Assembly (NCBI GenBank): GCA_003599815.1
Contig: QZJZ01000073.1
Location: forward strand, 14,556-78,555
From: Candidatus Auribacter fodinae
GTDB taxonomy: Bacteria > Auribacterota > Auribacteria > Auribacterales > Auribacteraceae
Direction of reading: 5' to 3'
DNA length: 64,000 nucleotides
In this document: positions 19,125 to 28,234 of the stretch, piece after piece
Numbering within the stretch: position 1 is the stretch's first letter
How the letters are laid out: every line of letters begins with the position of its first letter
Position numbers and translations under genes: made by a program
Notes under the pieces: generated by a model
What the model was told of the DNA's origin: nothing
The model's database searches: none
Seen by the model: the letters and a program-made list of their open reading frames with translations, nothing else

Positions 19125-19796
19125 TTACTTTTTAATTCTTTTTTTGATCGCGAAAAACATAGCAGCAAAACCAGCCAGTAACATCGCACTTGGTTCAGGA
19201 ACTGGAAATACGGCCAAAGTCTGCATTCCTGAAATGTCAATTGTAATTGGCGCATCAGTGCCAGGTATTTCAGGAATTGAAACTGTATAAACACCGGTAT
19301 CAAAATAGTACGAGTCTATATCATTTCCATAACGTCCATTTGACATTTCTGTTCCGTTCCAATTACCACCTGAAAACGCATTGTATGCGATGTTGTCAAA
19401 AACACGAAGGAAAACATACACTTTATTTGCGGCTCCCGGTGTTGCATCATAAGAAGGCGTATCTAACGACACCCCAACAAATCCCCCTGAACCTCCTAAC
19501 TGAGGATTATAAGGCAATGGATTGTACCCTGCAAAAAAGCCACCGAGTTCTGCTATATGATTTGATCCTGACGCAAAATATGGAACAGACTCAACTGGAT
19601 CAAGTATTGCTTTTGCTGCATCAGTCATCATAACCATGATAGATGCACCCATTGCAAGCTGATTTCCTTCAAAATCAAGAACAGGGCTAGCATTTGTCCA
19701 TTTAATGTTAATGCTCTGTGCCATACTAATGTTGCAAGAAATAACCAAGACGAACAGTGTAACGAGACTAGATGTAATTACCTTTTTCATTTTCAC
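19125..19796 (-). CDS. PEP-CTERM sorting-domain secreted protein
   Basis: N-terminal signal peptide. The C-terminus (VPEPSAMLLAGFAAMFFAIKKRIKK) has the PEP motif, a TM segment and a basic tail. Confidence 0.8.
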   Translation of the reverse strand: MKMKKVITSSLVTLFVLVISCNISMAQSINIKWTNASPVLDFEGNQLAMGASIMVMMTDAAKAILDPVESVPYFASGSNHIAELGGFFAGYNPLPYNPQLGGSGGFVGVSLDTPSYDATPGAANKVYVFLRVFDNIAYNAFSGGNWNGTEMSNGRYGNDIDSYYFDTGVYTVSIPEIPGTDAPITIDISGMQTLAVFPVPEPSAMLLAGFAAMFFAIKKRIKK

Positions 19797-19910
19797 ATCT
19801 CCTTTTGTTGAAAGCCGACATATTTTAATTTTATTAATCTCTTATCCAAGTATCTATATTATCATTATAAGCCATGCTAACTATATTGTCAAGATTATGC
19901 CTATAAAAAT

Positions 19911-20771
19911 TTATTCTTCCAACGGAGAAGGCGCCGCCCATGTAAATGGTGTGCGAGCATAATATAAGAATGCTTCTGTTGGTTTTAATTCAAGATCACT
20001 TTCAACCCAGAAAAAGAAAGGCGGTTTTTGTTCAAACCATTTTGGACCAGTGCCTTGGTCAAAGTAAACAATAAGTCTCTGCCATGCTGATCCATTATAC
20101 CCTGCTCTTATAAAATCACCGGTTCCAAAGGGATCGGAAGAAATACCTGCTGTTGGTGAGCCTGTCGTTGCATTGAAAGCGTTATTCACGGTAATGTTTG
20201 CCGGAAACGGATTACCGAGTAAGTTATATCCTGCTATAATTGGTATTTCAACATCTACGTCTTTCACTTCACCAAGGAAAAACAATTCATTTCGTGTGTC
20301 AGGAGCCGAAACATATTTCGCAAGAAAACCTTCACCATCTTCGAAATACATGGTTGAGGGTGTCCAGAAGAAGAAAGGAGGAGTTTGTTCATACCACCCA
20401 GCAATAGGATATGAAGGAGGATTTGCATTAAAGAACTGTGCTATCCTGTCAAATTTTCCATTTGCCCTGTTGAATTTTCTGATGAAATCTCCTTGGGCGA
20501 AATGCGTATCCGAAAACATTTCCGATGCTGATTCGTATACACCATTCCCATCGCTATCAAGGTTCAAATAGTGTTTTGTAACAGGCTCTCCAATATTCTG
20601 AAAAGGGATTGAATAAAAATATAATGTTTGCCCGGTGCCGGTCTGTACAGGAACTTTAACAAAACCGACCACTTTCGTGGATACTTCCTGCTGAGCAAAA
20701 ATCGAAGCTGAGAGAAACATACTTACAGCCACAACCAAACAACTGACGACATAAATTTTAAACCGGTTCAT
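19911..20771 (-). CDS. secreted protein with two internal repeat modules (PPFFFW motif), unknown function
   Basis: Start at 20771 after AGGAGG. Signal peptide present. GWYEQTPPFFFWTPS and KWFEQKPPFFFWVES lie in two similar halves. Confidence 0.55.
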   Translation of the reverse strand: MNRFKIYVVSCLVVAVSMFLSASIFAQQEVSTKVVGFVKVPVQTGTGQTLYFYSIPFQNIGEPVTKHYLNLDSDGNGVYESASEMFSDTHFAQGDFIRKFNRANGKFDRIAQFFNANPPSYPIAGWYEQTPPFFFWTPSTMYFEDGEGFLAKYVSAPDTRNELFFLGEVKDVDVEIPIIAGYNLLGNPFPANITVNNAFNATTGSPTAGISSDPFGTGDFIRAGYNGSAWQRLIVYFDQGTGPKWFEQKPPFFFWVESDLELKPTEAFLYYARTPFTWAAPSPLEE

Positions 20772-20940
20772 GATAATCCTCCTAATCCATGAAAACAATA
20801 CTATACATTCTATCTTTAGTTATAACACTTACATTTCGAAAAATAAAACAAAAAAAGATTACCGATACACTTAATTACATTCTACTGTATAAAAGAACAA
20901 ATATCAAGTTTTTTCATAATTGTTGTGATATTTTATTACT

Positions 20941-22350
20941 TTATGCCGGGCAATTAATTTGAGCCAGAATATTCTGAACCCGAGCATTTATTTTTACAGC
21001 CAGTTCCGGGCATTGCTGTAATGCCGTTTTATAATTTTTCACTGCGGATACGATATCGCCGTTTATTTCCGCCGCCCGCGCTTCAAAATATTTCAGTTCC
21101 GGGCTGGCGCATCCGGCTTGTTTCAAAAGATTAATATAGTAATCAAAATGATCATTTTCGCCCATTGAATCATAAATTTGAAGAATCCAGAGTGCGAAAA
21201 TGTTAGTACTTTTTCCGTGTGTAATCCTGTTGCGCGCGATATCCAGCGCACGCTGAAAATCCCCTGATAAATACAGAGTTTTGACGTATTCCAGCGCGTA
21301 TTGTTCATTATCAGGATATTTTTCGCACAGGATGGAAAACGAATTGTTCGCGCCGCTGATGTTTCCGCCGCGAACCTGTACGAAAGCAAGGCTTTCCAGA
21401 AAAGCTATGCTATCAGGATAGATGTTCAGCCCAGTCGAGAAAAAGTGTTCCGCGGACTGGTAGTCTCCCTTTGTATCGGCTATGATGCCGCGTGTCAGCA
21501 GAGCCTGCTGGTGGTGCGGGTTGGCCGCAAGAACTTCGTTCAGGTACCGGATGGACTCATCATATTTCAGCCACCTGAAATAGAGTGTTGCCAGATGGAA
21601 CCGCAGGTCGTGGTAATCAGGGTTACGATCATACGCCTTGAGGAAAAAGGTTTCAGCGGATATAAAGTCGCCCTGACTTAAATAGATGATACCGATATCG
21701 TTATACGGTTTCGGGTCTTCGGGTGTCAGTTGTATCTGGCGTAAGCCGAGTGCGAGGTAATGAGCGGTTTTTCGTTCTTTTTCGGCAGTATCAAGATGCC
21801 CGTAATGGTGAACGGCGATATCTGTCATGCCCACCACGCCGCCTATTTTTTCGATGGCAGGCCCTACTGTTTCATGTATAACCCCGCTGAACCGGATGGA
21901 AGGCAGGTTGCGGAACAGCCCTATTCGTTCAACCGGCACAAACCCTCGAGCCCGTTCGCAGTCGCCATAAGTTCCCGTGCATGGCTTATAGTTGAGCAGT
22001 CGTTCGTTGTCAGTGTAGTTTCGCTGTATAAGCATATATCCGGCGAGCTGGGTATTTTTGAGCAGTGACTTGATTTTAAAGCAGTCTCCCTCGGATATGC
22101 ATTCATCTGCGTCTATAAAAAGAATCCACTCGCCTTTTGCCATTTCAATCGAATAATTGCGAGCCGCGCTGAAATCATTGTTCCACATGAAATGATACAC
22201 ATCCGCGCCGTATTCACGTGCAATATCCGCTGTGCGATCGGTACTGCCGGTATCGACCACGATAATTTCGTCCGCGATATCCCTGATGGAACTGAGGGAG
22301 CCGGCGATACAGCGCTCTTCATTTTTTACGATCATACAGATACTTAACAT
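20941..22350 (-). CDS. family-2 glycosyltransferase fused to TPR repeats
   Basis: Start moved to MLSICMIVKNEE at 22350. GT2 motifs: VVDTGSTDRT and FIDADE. The C-terminal ~270 aa are TPR-like. Confidence 0.75.
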   Translation of the reverse strand: MLSICMIVKNEERCIAGSLSSIRDIADEIIVVDTGSTDRTADIAREYGADVYHFMWNNDFSAARNYSIEMAKGEWILFIDADECISEGDCFKIKSLLKNTQLAGYMLIQRNYTDNERLLNYKPCTGTYGDCERARGFVPVERIGLFRNLPSIRFSGVIHETVGPAIEKIGGVVGMTDIAVHHYGHLDTAEKERKTAHYLALGLRQIQLTPEDPKPYNDIGIIYLSQGDFISAETFFLKAYDRNPDYHDLRFHLATLYFRWLKYDESIRYLNEVLAANPHHQQALLTRGIIADTKGDYQSAEHFFSTGLNIYPDSIAFLESLAFVQVRGGNISGANNSFSILCEKYPDNEQYALEYVKTLYLSGDFQRALDIARNRITHGKSTNIFALWILQIYDSMGENDHFDYYINLLKQAGCASPELKYFEARAAEINGDIVSAVKNYKTALQQCPELAVKINARVQNILAQINCPA

Positions 22351-22473
22351 GATTTTATTGCGTCCTCGTGAATTATGGCTACAATAATAAGAGACACGAA
22401 AATTCCTTAATTGTTGCAAACACTATTATTATTATCGTAAAAAACGATGATTTAGTTTACCGGGAAGCGAGTT

Positions 22474-24075
22474 ATGACGATTAAAAAAGAGTTTGCCTTC
22501 ATACTGCTGATTGTTGTGGGTGCGTGCTTCCTGTTTTTCGCGGGCATTACCAGTCATAATTTGTGGCTGGATGAGGCATATTCACTGAGTGTGGCGTCCA
22601 GATCGTTTTCCGAACTGTTTACAATTGTTGCGCGTCAGGATCCGCATCCGCCGTTGTATTATTCACTGTTACGGGCATGGATGCTGGTATTCGGCATGTC
22701 TCTGACTCCGGCGCTGGTATTGTCGGTGATCTTCGGGCTGGCGACGGGTTTATGCGGCATGTATTTGTACCGCATATTGTTCGGACGCAGTTCGATATGC
22801 GCGGGAATCCTGATTTTCTCGTCACCGTTTTTTTTGTTGTTCTCGCGAATGGTACGGTATTACTCATTTGCCGCGTTTCTGGTGTGCCTGCTGTTAATCT
22901 TTCTGACAAAATATCTTCAGACACAGAGCTGGAGATGGTGGTGTGCCCTTCTGGCGGCGCACATTGCGGTGCTGTATTCCGATTATCCGGCTTCAACTTT
23001 ATTTTTATGCGAAATTCCCTGTATAGCGTTATTCTGGAAAAGGCATAACAGACAGGTGTATGGTATTATATCGATTTTTATAATTACCGCGTTGTCGTTT
23101 GTGCCGTGGCTTGACAACCTGTGGTATCATATTCATCAGGTGCAGAGCGTACCTCAAAAAGCGTTGTTGTCTCATAGTTTCGCGGGCGGAGCAGTCCGGT
23201 TGGCGTTTACGTTTTATGATTTTATCTGCGGGGAAACAGTGTTTCCGTGGGAATGGGCAATTATCGTGCCGCTGTGTGTGATTTTCATTTCCTCGGCGGC
23301 GGTTGCTATACGGAATCTGGCTGATTGCCGCAATGAATCACATATTCCCATAATTATCGGGCTTATTGCGGTTAGTTCGCTTCTGACAGCGGTAACCATG
23401 GCAAACGTATTGGCGCAGAAACAGAGTTTCGTGTATATGCCGTCCCGGTTGATGTTTTGTTTTGTGCCGATTATGGTATTCGCCGCGTACGGGATAAACA
23501 ATTTCGGGCGGATGAAGGGATATGCCGTTGCGGTAGTTGTTTGTGTCAATATGATTTCGCTGATGAATGTATACACATACCAGAACTTTATCAATCCGTT
23601 GTATACGGTTAATTGGCGCGACGCCGCAGACACAATTACGCAACATGCGAAGGCAGGGGATTATATAATCTGTGACGAACCTGAACCGTTAATGTATTAT
23701 CTGAAAAGAACGAAACCGAAGGCGGAATTTTGTTTCGATGAAAAAGAGCTGTTCACCGCTCTCAGCAAGGATGACGTGCCGCCGACTATCAGGTTGTTTG
23801 TCAGTTTCACGTCGCGTGACAGCACGGGTTCTTCGTTTTTATCGAAGCGTTTGATAGAGTACCTGATGGATAACGGCAGGGTAATGTTTTTTCAGGATTA
23901 CGGCGTTCTTAACGAACGGTATATGAACCTGAAAAAACGCCTTTACGGGAAAGCATACCCCGCAAAGATGCATCTTTTTCTCGTTGAGTTGCAGACAGAT
24001 GCAGTGATCCATTATTTCCGCGAGAATAATAACAGGATTATTTCAGCGCTATATCCGAGTTCGGAGTACAAATAG
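22474..24075 (+). CDS. polytopic membrane glycosyltransferase, GT39/ArnT-like
   Basis: Many TM segments. The LWLDEAYS motif in the first loop is typical of the ArnT/PMT-type family. Confidence 0.6.
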   Translation: MTIKKEFAFILLIVVGACFLFFAGITSHNLWLDEAYSLSVASRSFSELFTIVARQDPHPPLYYSLLRAWMLVFGMSLTPALVLSVIFGLATGLCGMYLYRILFGRSSICAGILIFSSPFFLLFSRMVRYYSFAAFLVCLLLIFLTKYLQTQSWRWWCALLAAHIAVLYSDYPASTLFLCEIPCIALFWKRHNRQVYGIISIFIITALSFVPWLDNLWYHIHQVQSVPQKALLSHSFAGGAVRLAFTFYDFICGETVFPWEWAIIVPLCVIFISSAAVAIRNLADCRNESHIPIIIGLIAVSSLLTAVTMANVLAQKQSFVYMPSRLMFCFVPIMVFAAYGINNFGRMKGYAVAVVVCVNMISLMNVYTYQNFINPLYTVNWRDAADTITQHAKAGDYIICDEPEPLMYYLKRTKPKAEFCFDEKELFTALSKDDVPPTIRLFVSFTSRDSTGSSFLSKRLIEYLMDNGRVMFFQDYGVLNERYMNLKKRLYGKAYPAKMHLFLVELQTDAVIHYFRENNNRIISALYPSSEYK

Positions 24076-24871
24076 TGAGCGGTTCAATTTCTTCACCGGG
24101 CTGGACGGTTTTTTCTGTGATTTCTCCTTTCTGCCAGTTGGCTGAGCCGATAATAGCCGCGCCGTGCGGGCCGGCGATGCCGCCGAGTGTTCCTGTTCCT
24201 TTCCTTCCAAATTCCGGTTCGTGAAAAACGATTGCCTGATAGGTTGATACGCTGATCGTGCCGGACTGTTTCCATGTATTTTGCGGTGCGCCGTGCTTTG
24301 CGCATAAACTGCTGAGGAATAATTCTTTATCCGGCAACTGTTCCCAAACCTGCGGCAGGTACGTTGAAGATCCGTACGGTGTTTTCAGTACTACGCCGTC
24401 TCTGCCGGGTTCCAGTTTATCGAGCAATTCTTCAGGCGAGGAGAAAGTGATTTCTTCGGGTAACGTTAAAATGCTGATTTCAATTTGGATATCGTCGAGT
24501 TCTTTCAATGAGACGCGCGGAAACCGGGGATCCTGTGTCGCCGCGGCTATAGCCCGGTTGATAATCCCTTCATAAAGCGGTTCGACAGGAAGGATGTAGC
24601 CTATGCATCCCCGCAGTCCGTACCCGCGTTTAGTCAGAGTGACGAAGCATCCCCTTTTTACTTTCAGCTCATCCGGCAGAGCGGAAACATCAACTTCAGG
24701 TTTCGATTTGTTTTTCAGGTAACTTATTAATGTCGCTCGCGCAAGATTCAACAGATATGCCTGCTGGCGGGCGGTGTATGGGGAATCGTTATGCACGGGT
24801 TCGCCTCCTTTTGTACATGATGCTAATACCAATCCGGTTATTATGGTCAGAATGCAAGCAGTTTTTTTCAC
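24038..24871 (-). CDS. AMMECR1-domain protein with lipoprotein signal peptide and C-terminal extension
   Basis: Lipobox LVLASC. AMMECR1 core: RGCFVTLTK...LRGCIGYILP...DPRFP. About 60 extra C-terminal residues. Overlaps the convergent GT39-like gene by 38 nt. Confidence 0.7.
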   Translation of the reverse strand: MKKTACILTIITGLVLASCTKGGEPVHNDSPYTARQQAYLLNLARATLISYLKNKSKPEVDVSALPDELKVKRGCFVTLTKRGYGLRGCIGYILPVEPLYEGIINRAIAAATQDPRFPRVSLKELDDIQIEISILTLPEEITFSSPEELLDKLEPGRDGVVLKTPYGSSTYLPQVWEQLPDKELFLSSLCAKHGAPQNTWKQSGTISVSTYQAIVFHEPEFGRKGTGTLGGIAGPHGAAIIGSANWQKGEITEKTVQPGEEIEPLTICTPNSDIALK

Positions 24872-24951
24872 ACGTGAAATCCTCCCCGCTGAAATGTATG
24901 TCTTCAGAAAGTATAGTACGATAGGGGGATGTGAGAACGCAATATGATTCG

Positions 24952-25503
24952 CTACACCAGATGCCGCAGTTTTTTGAACGACGGGTGTGACGAATCCCGA
25001 AGCAATTCAAATAAAGCTATTTCCACAGAGCTGATTACCGCGCCTGCATCATGCATTTTGTTCAGCCCGGCGTTTTTGTTATTCTGATGACGTGAGGATA
25101 CCGCGTCGGAGATAATATGCGGTACGAACCCTGCGGCAAGAAGGTCGCAGGCGGTTTGCTGTACGCAGATATGCGTCTCGATTCCGGTGATTATAACCTG
25201 ATTCCGTTTATGGCGCACCAGGCATTCCCTCAGATCCGAATTGCCAAGACAGCTAAACGAGGTTTTTTCAAATACGGAGGCATCCGCAGGCACTGAACGT
25301 CGTATTGTATCTACCGTATTGCCCAGCCCGCGCGGGTATTGTTCAGAAACTATTATTGGTATATCCAGTTCAACAGCCGCGGCGATCATTTTGGCGGTGT
25401 TGTCGATGACTGTGTCAAGGTCAGGGATTGTCGCCAGAAATTTTTCCTGAATATCAATGATCAGAAGTGTACTTGTTTCTGTGGAAAGAAGCTGTTGTTT
25501 CAT
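24952..25503 (-). CDS. isochorismatase-family cysteine hydrolase
   Basis: LLIIDIQEKF, plus ITGIETHICVQQTACDL, is the family pattern with the catalytic Cys. Confidence 0.7.
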   Translation of the reverse strand: MKQQLLSTETSTLLIIDIQEKFLATIPDLDTVIDNTAKMIAAAVELDIPIIVSEQYPRGLGNTVDTIRRSVPADASVFEKTSFSCLGNSDLRECLVRHKRNQVIITGIETHICVQQTACDLLAAGFVPHIISDAVSSRHQNNKNAGLNKMHDAGAVISSVEIALFELLRDSSHPSFKKLRHLV

Positions 25504-25527
25504 TGGAACCCCTTTATAATTTATATG

Positions 25528-26229
25528 TTACACATTCGCAGTCTGGCGGTGAGCGATTAACCCGCGGATGCCTGCCCGTATCCTGCGAATAATCTGGGAA
25601 CGGGCGCTCATGTACCGGTTGCGGTCAGCGGCATCAGGGAAATAAACATACGTATTTATTTGCCCGATAGCGTCATATGTTTCCGCAGAAGGGACGAACC
25701 GTAAAGAGCCGGGGAACGTAATGTCATTAAAGGCTGATTCGGACAGGAGTATATATTGTTTTGACGGGAGAGAATTTTTCAATAATCGGTGCAGGATAAT
25801 GACATCAAGCCCGCCGAGTTCATTGAACTCGTTAATATTCATGAACATCGCTGTTCCGCTATGTACAATAATTTTAAGCTTTAACTGATCGAGGTTTTTA
25901 CAAAACAAGCACTCGCAGTCAGGATGGCTGAGCAGGGACTCAAGTTTGGCAGAAAACAATTCGAAAAAACGCAACAGCTTAATTCCAATGATAAACCGTA
26001 TTTCCTGCCATGTGTACTCGGCTGATTCTTTCGGCACGTAACAGAACACTGCGTCACCTTCCAGCTTGGCGAGATGCAGTGGTATTTTTATTTCGTCCAC
26101 AATCGCCTGAATAAGCTCGGTTATAACCAGCTGGCTGTGTTCCAGAGAAATTTTGTTTGAAACCATGTAACGTGTATAACCGCTTATATCGCAGATGATC
26201 AGGAGTACAGGGCGCTCGTTGGAGTTCAT
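25528..26229 (-). CDS. DUF2652-like protein (nucleotide-cyclase-like fold)
   Basis: LLIICDISGYTRYM...LEHSQLVITELIQAIV...LAKLEGDAVFCY matches my recollection of DUF2652. Confidence 0.55.
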   Translation of the reverse strand: MNSNERPVLLIICDISGYTRYMVSNKISLEHSQLVITELIQAIVDEIKIPLHLAKLEGDAVFCYVPKESAEYTWQEIRFIIGIKLLRFFELFSAKLESLLSHPDCECLFCKNLDQLKLKIIVHSGTAMFMNINEFNELGGLDVIILHRLLKNSLPSKQYILLSESAFNDITFPGSLRFVPSAETYDAIGQINTYVYFPDAADRNRYMSARSQIIRRIRAGIRGLIAHRQTANV

Positions 26230-26400
26230 AGGTGTTCCCTTTCAATAGCCTATTACTATTAATTATGCTTATAGATAGTTTGATTACTAAACCGGATACC
26301 GGTTTCATTTTTACTGACCATTTGACATAACAGGAAGATAGATATATAATTAAATATAACTAATTGTGCATGAATAGGATAAAAGCGCAACAAGGTAGTC

Positions 26401-26730
26401 ATGAAACGGATTGCGGTATACATAAGTATAATTTTTTTACACGCTGTCAGCGCAGAGAATTCTCTCAAGGCAACTATGATTGAGGATCAGCCTGCCGGCA
26501 TGCAGTCTGGCGCTTGTTCGATAGTTGCAAATGTACGAGATTATGTTATATCAGGAATACAATTTCCAATGACTGCCATCTCGCTTGGCAAAAACGCGAC
26601 AATAGGACTCTTCTGCACGTTCCATTCAGACAGTTCACCCTGTGCCAGCTATGAGTACAGAACGGTTGATGAAAAGAACCCTTCTTTCCCGCACCAACCG
26701 GCTCAGGAATCAATTTTTAATATTGAGTGA
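26401..26730 (+). CDS. small secreted hypothetical protein
   Basis: 109-aa ORF with a signal-like N-terminus (IAVYISIIFLHAVSA). Confidence 0.35.
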   Translation: MKRIAVYISIIFLHAVSAENSLKATMIEDQPAGMQSGACSIVANVRDYVISGIQFPMTAISLGKNATIGLFCTFHSDSSPCASYEYRTVDEKNPSFPHQPAQESIFNIE

Positions 26731-26800
26731 CGAGAGCGGCTGTTTTGTACCAATTCCGATATAAAGTCCGAATTAAATGTTAGCCGAGTACCTTACCCTA

Positions 26801-27670
26801 TCAGGGGCCCATCCCGAAACCCATGCCGTCGTAACCGTCATGGTAATGGTTGTCTTCATCTTCCGGTTCCGGCTCAATTTCCTGTTCGAATGGCGGAGTA
26901 ATCAGGTCGTCGATTTCCTGTTCGGGACCTTCCGGCGGTTGAAAATCGTCCGGGGGATTTGTGCCTAATGCGCCCATTTCAACATCGTCTTCAATGTCGT
27001 CAGAACCCGGGATAGTGGTATCGCCGATAACTTCGAGGAACGCGGGGTCGTCAAACTCAAACTCAAATAGTTGGGGTTCCTGCCCTTCAGGAAACCGCGC
27101 ACCGTTGTTTGGTCCTACCGGATATTGATCGGGGAAATTGGGATCAGTGCTCTGAGTCGTTGTGGTATCGCGTATGCCGAATACCGTTGTATCAGGCGGA
27201 TTCTCAGTTGTTTCCACTGCGTTTTCCGTACCGCGGACACCGGCTGTTGCTGTGCGGGTATGAATTTCGAAACGTGAATTGTTACGGGAGTATGACTTGC
27301 TGACCACTGACCGGACACGCCCTTTAGCAAGAGACAACACCGATTCACGGCGCTCAGTTTTTTCGTCATACACATTAACATCTATAGACAGCTCGCTTTC
27401 AGGGCCTATGGTTATGACACTGTCGTCTCTGAATACTATTTGTACTTTTGATTCCTTTTCCGTGAGTATCCTGTCGTTAAGATACACTTTACTGCCTGTT
27501 TCCATACGCTCAGGAGCAGGCGCTCCTTGATGATAATTGTTCACAATACCTTCCACACTATTCGCTATACCAACATTTTTGCCTTGCTGGGAATAGGCAG
27601 GACAGGCATATATCCCTGTCATGGAAATAAGTGAAAGAAGCAGTAAATAGTTCCAGAAACTTTTTTTCAC
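26801..27670 (-). CDS. secreted FecR-domain protein with acidic Pro/Glu/Asp-rich tail
   Basis: Signal peptide. FecR-like core: GSKVYLNDRILTEKESKVQIVFRDDSVITIGPESELSID. Tail: EQEIEPEPEDEDNHYHDGYDGMGFGMGP. Confidence 0.6.
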   Translation of the reverse strand: MKKSFWNYLLLLSLISMTGIYACPAYSQQGKNVGIANSVEGIVNNYHQGAPAPERMETGSKVYLNDRILTEKESKVQIVFRDDSVITIGPESELSIDVNVYDEKTERRESVLSLAKGRVRSVVSKSYSRNNSRFEIHTRTATAGVRGTENAVETTENPPDTTVFGIRDTTTTQSTDPNFPDQYPVGPNNGARFPEGQEPQLFEFEFDDPAFLEVIGDTTIPGSDDIEDDVEMGALGTNPPDDFQPPEGPEQEIDDLITPPFEQEIEPEPEDEDNHYHDGYDGMGFGMGP

Positions 27671-28234
27671 TGGTGCACCTCTCTTCTTTTATTGTTAAAA
27701 GTATAGAATATTTCTGACAGTCTCGTGTTTTATAGTACAGTCTGAATCAGGTTCATACAAGCACTATTTAGTAATATTAGATCATGTTTCGCTCCAAAAA
27801 TGAACAAAAATATCTCGTATACGGTATAAATATTTCACAGGAACACAAAAGAGGCAATGACAAGCCTGATTTTATTTTTATTAAAACAACGGCGCATGGT
27901 TTGTGATGTCCGTATGCTGCATTATGCAGAAAAATATCTTTGGTTATTTATGTAATAAATAAATGGATTGGGTGTTGTAGGGATAGAATGTTAGTCTGAG
28001 ATGCGCTTTTTGTGGAAATCCTTTTGCTGTTAGGTGAGTTTTGAACAAGTGGGGGACAGTGAATATCTGGGGCGCGAATGTGTGCCGACCCGGGGGGAAG
28101 TGTGGTTGATGCCTTGTGGGCACTACGCGTATCAATGGTTATACATAACATGGCTGTTAAAGAGATACCAATGAGCGTTGCGGCGCCGTTCGCGCCTATG
28201 ATGTAATAGTGTACCTTATTGTGCCCTGTGGTAT

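Noticed and set aside
24952-25503. Calling the isochorismatase-family gene nicotinamidase (pncA) as the partner of pncB
   Set aside because: The gene is 14 kb from pncB. The family is functionally broad, and I cannot verify the PncA metal-binding residues by eye.
27671-28234. tRNA, tmRNA, RNase P or SRP RNA in the large intergenic gap
   Set aside because: No cloverleaf with a GTTCGAATC-like T-arm, no GGGGCTGA...CCACCA ends, and no GAAAGTCCGGGCT-type conserved blocks were seen.
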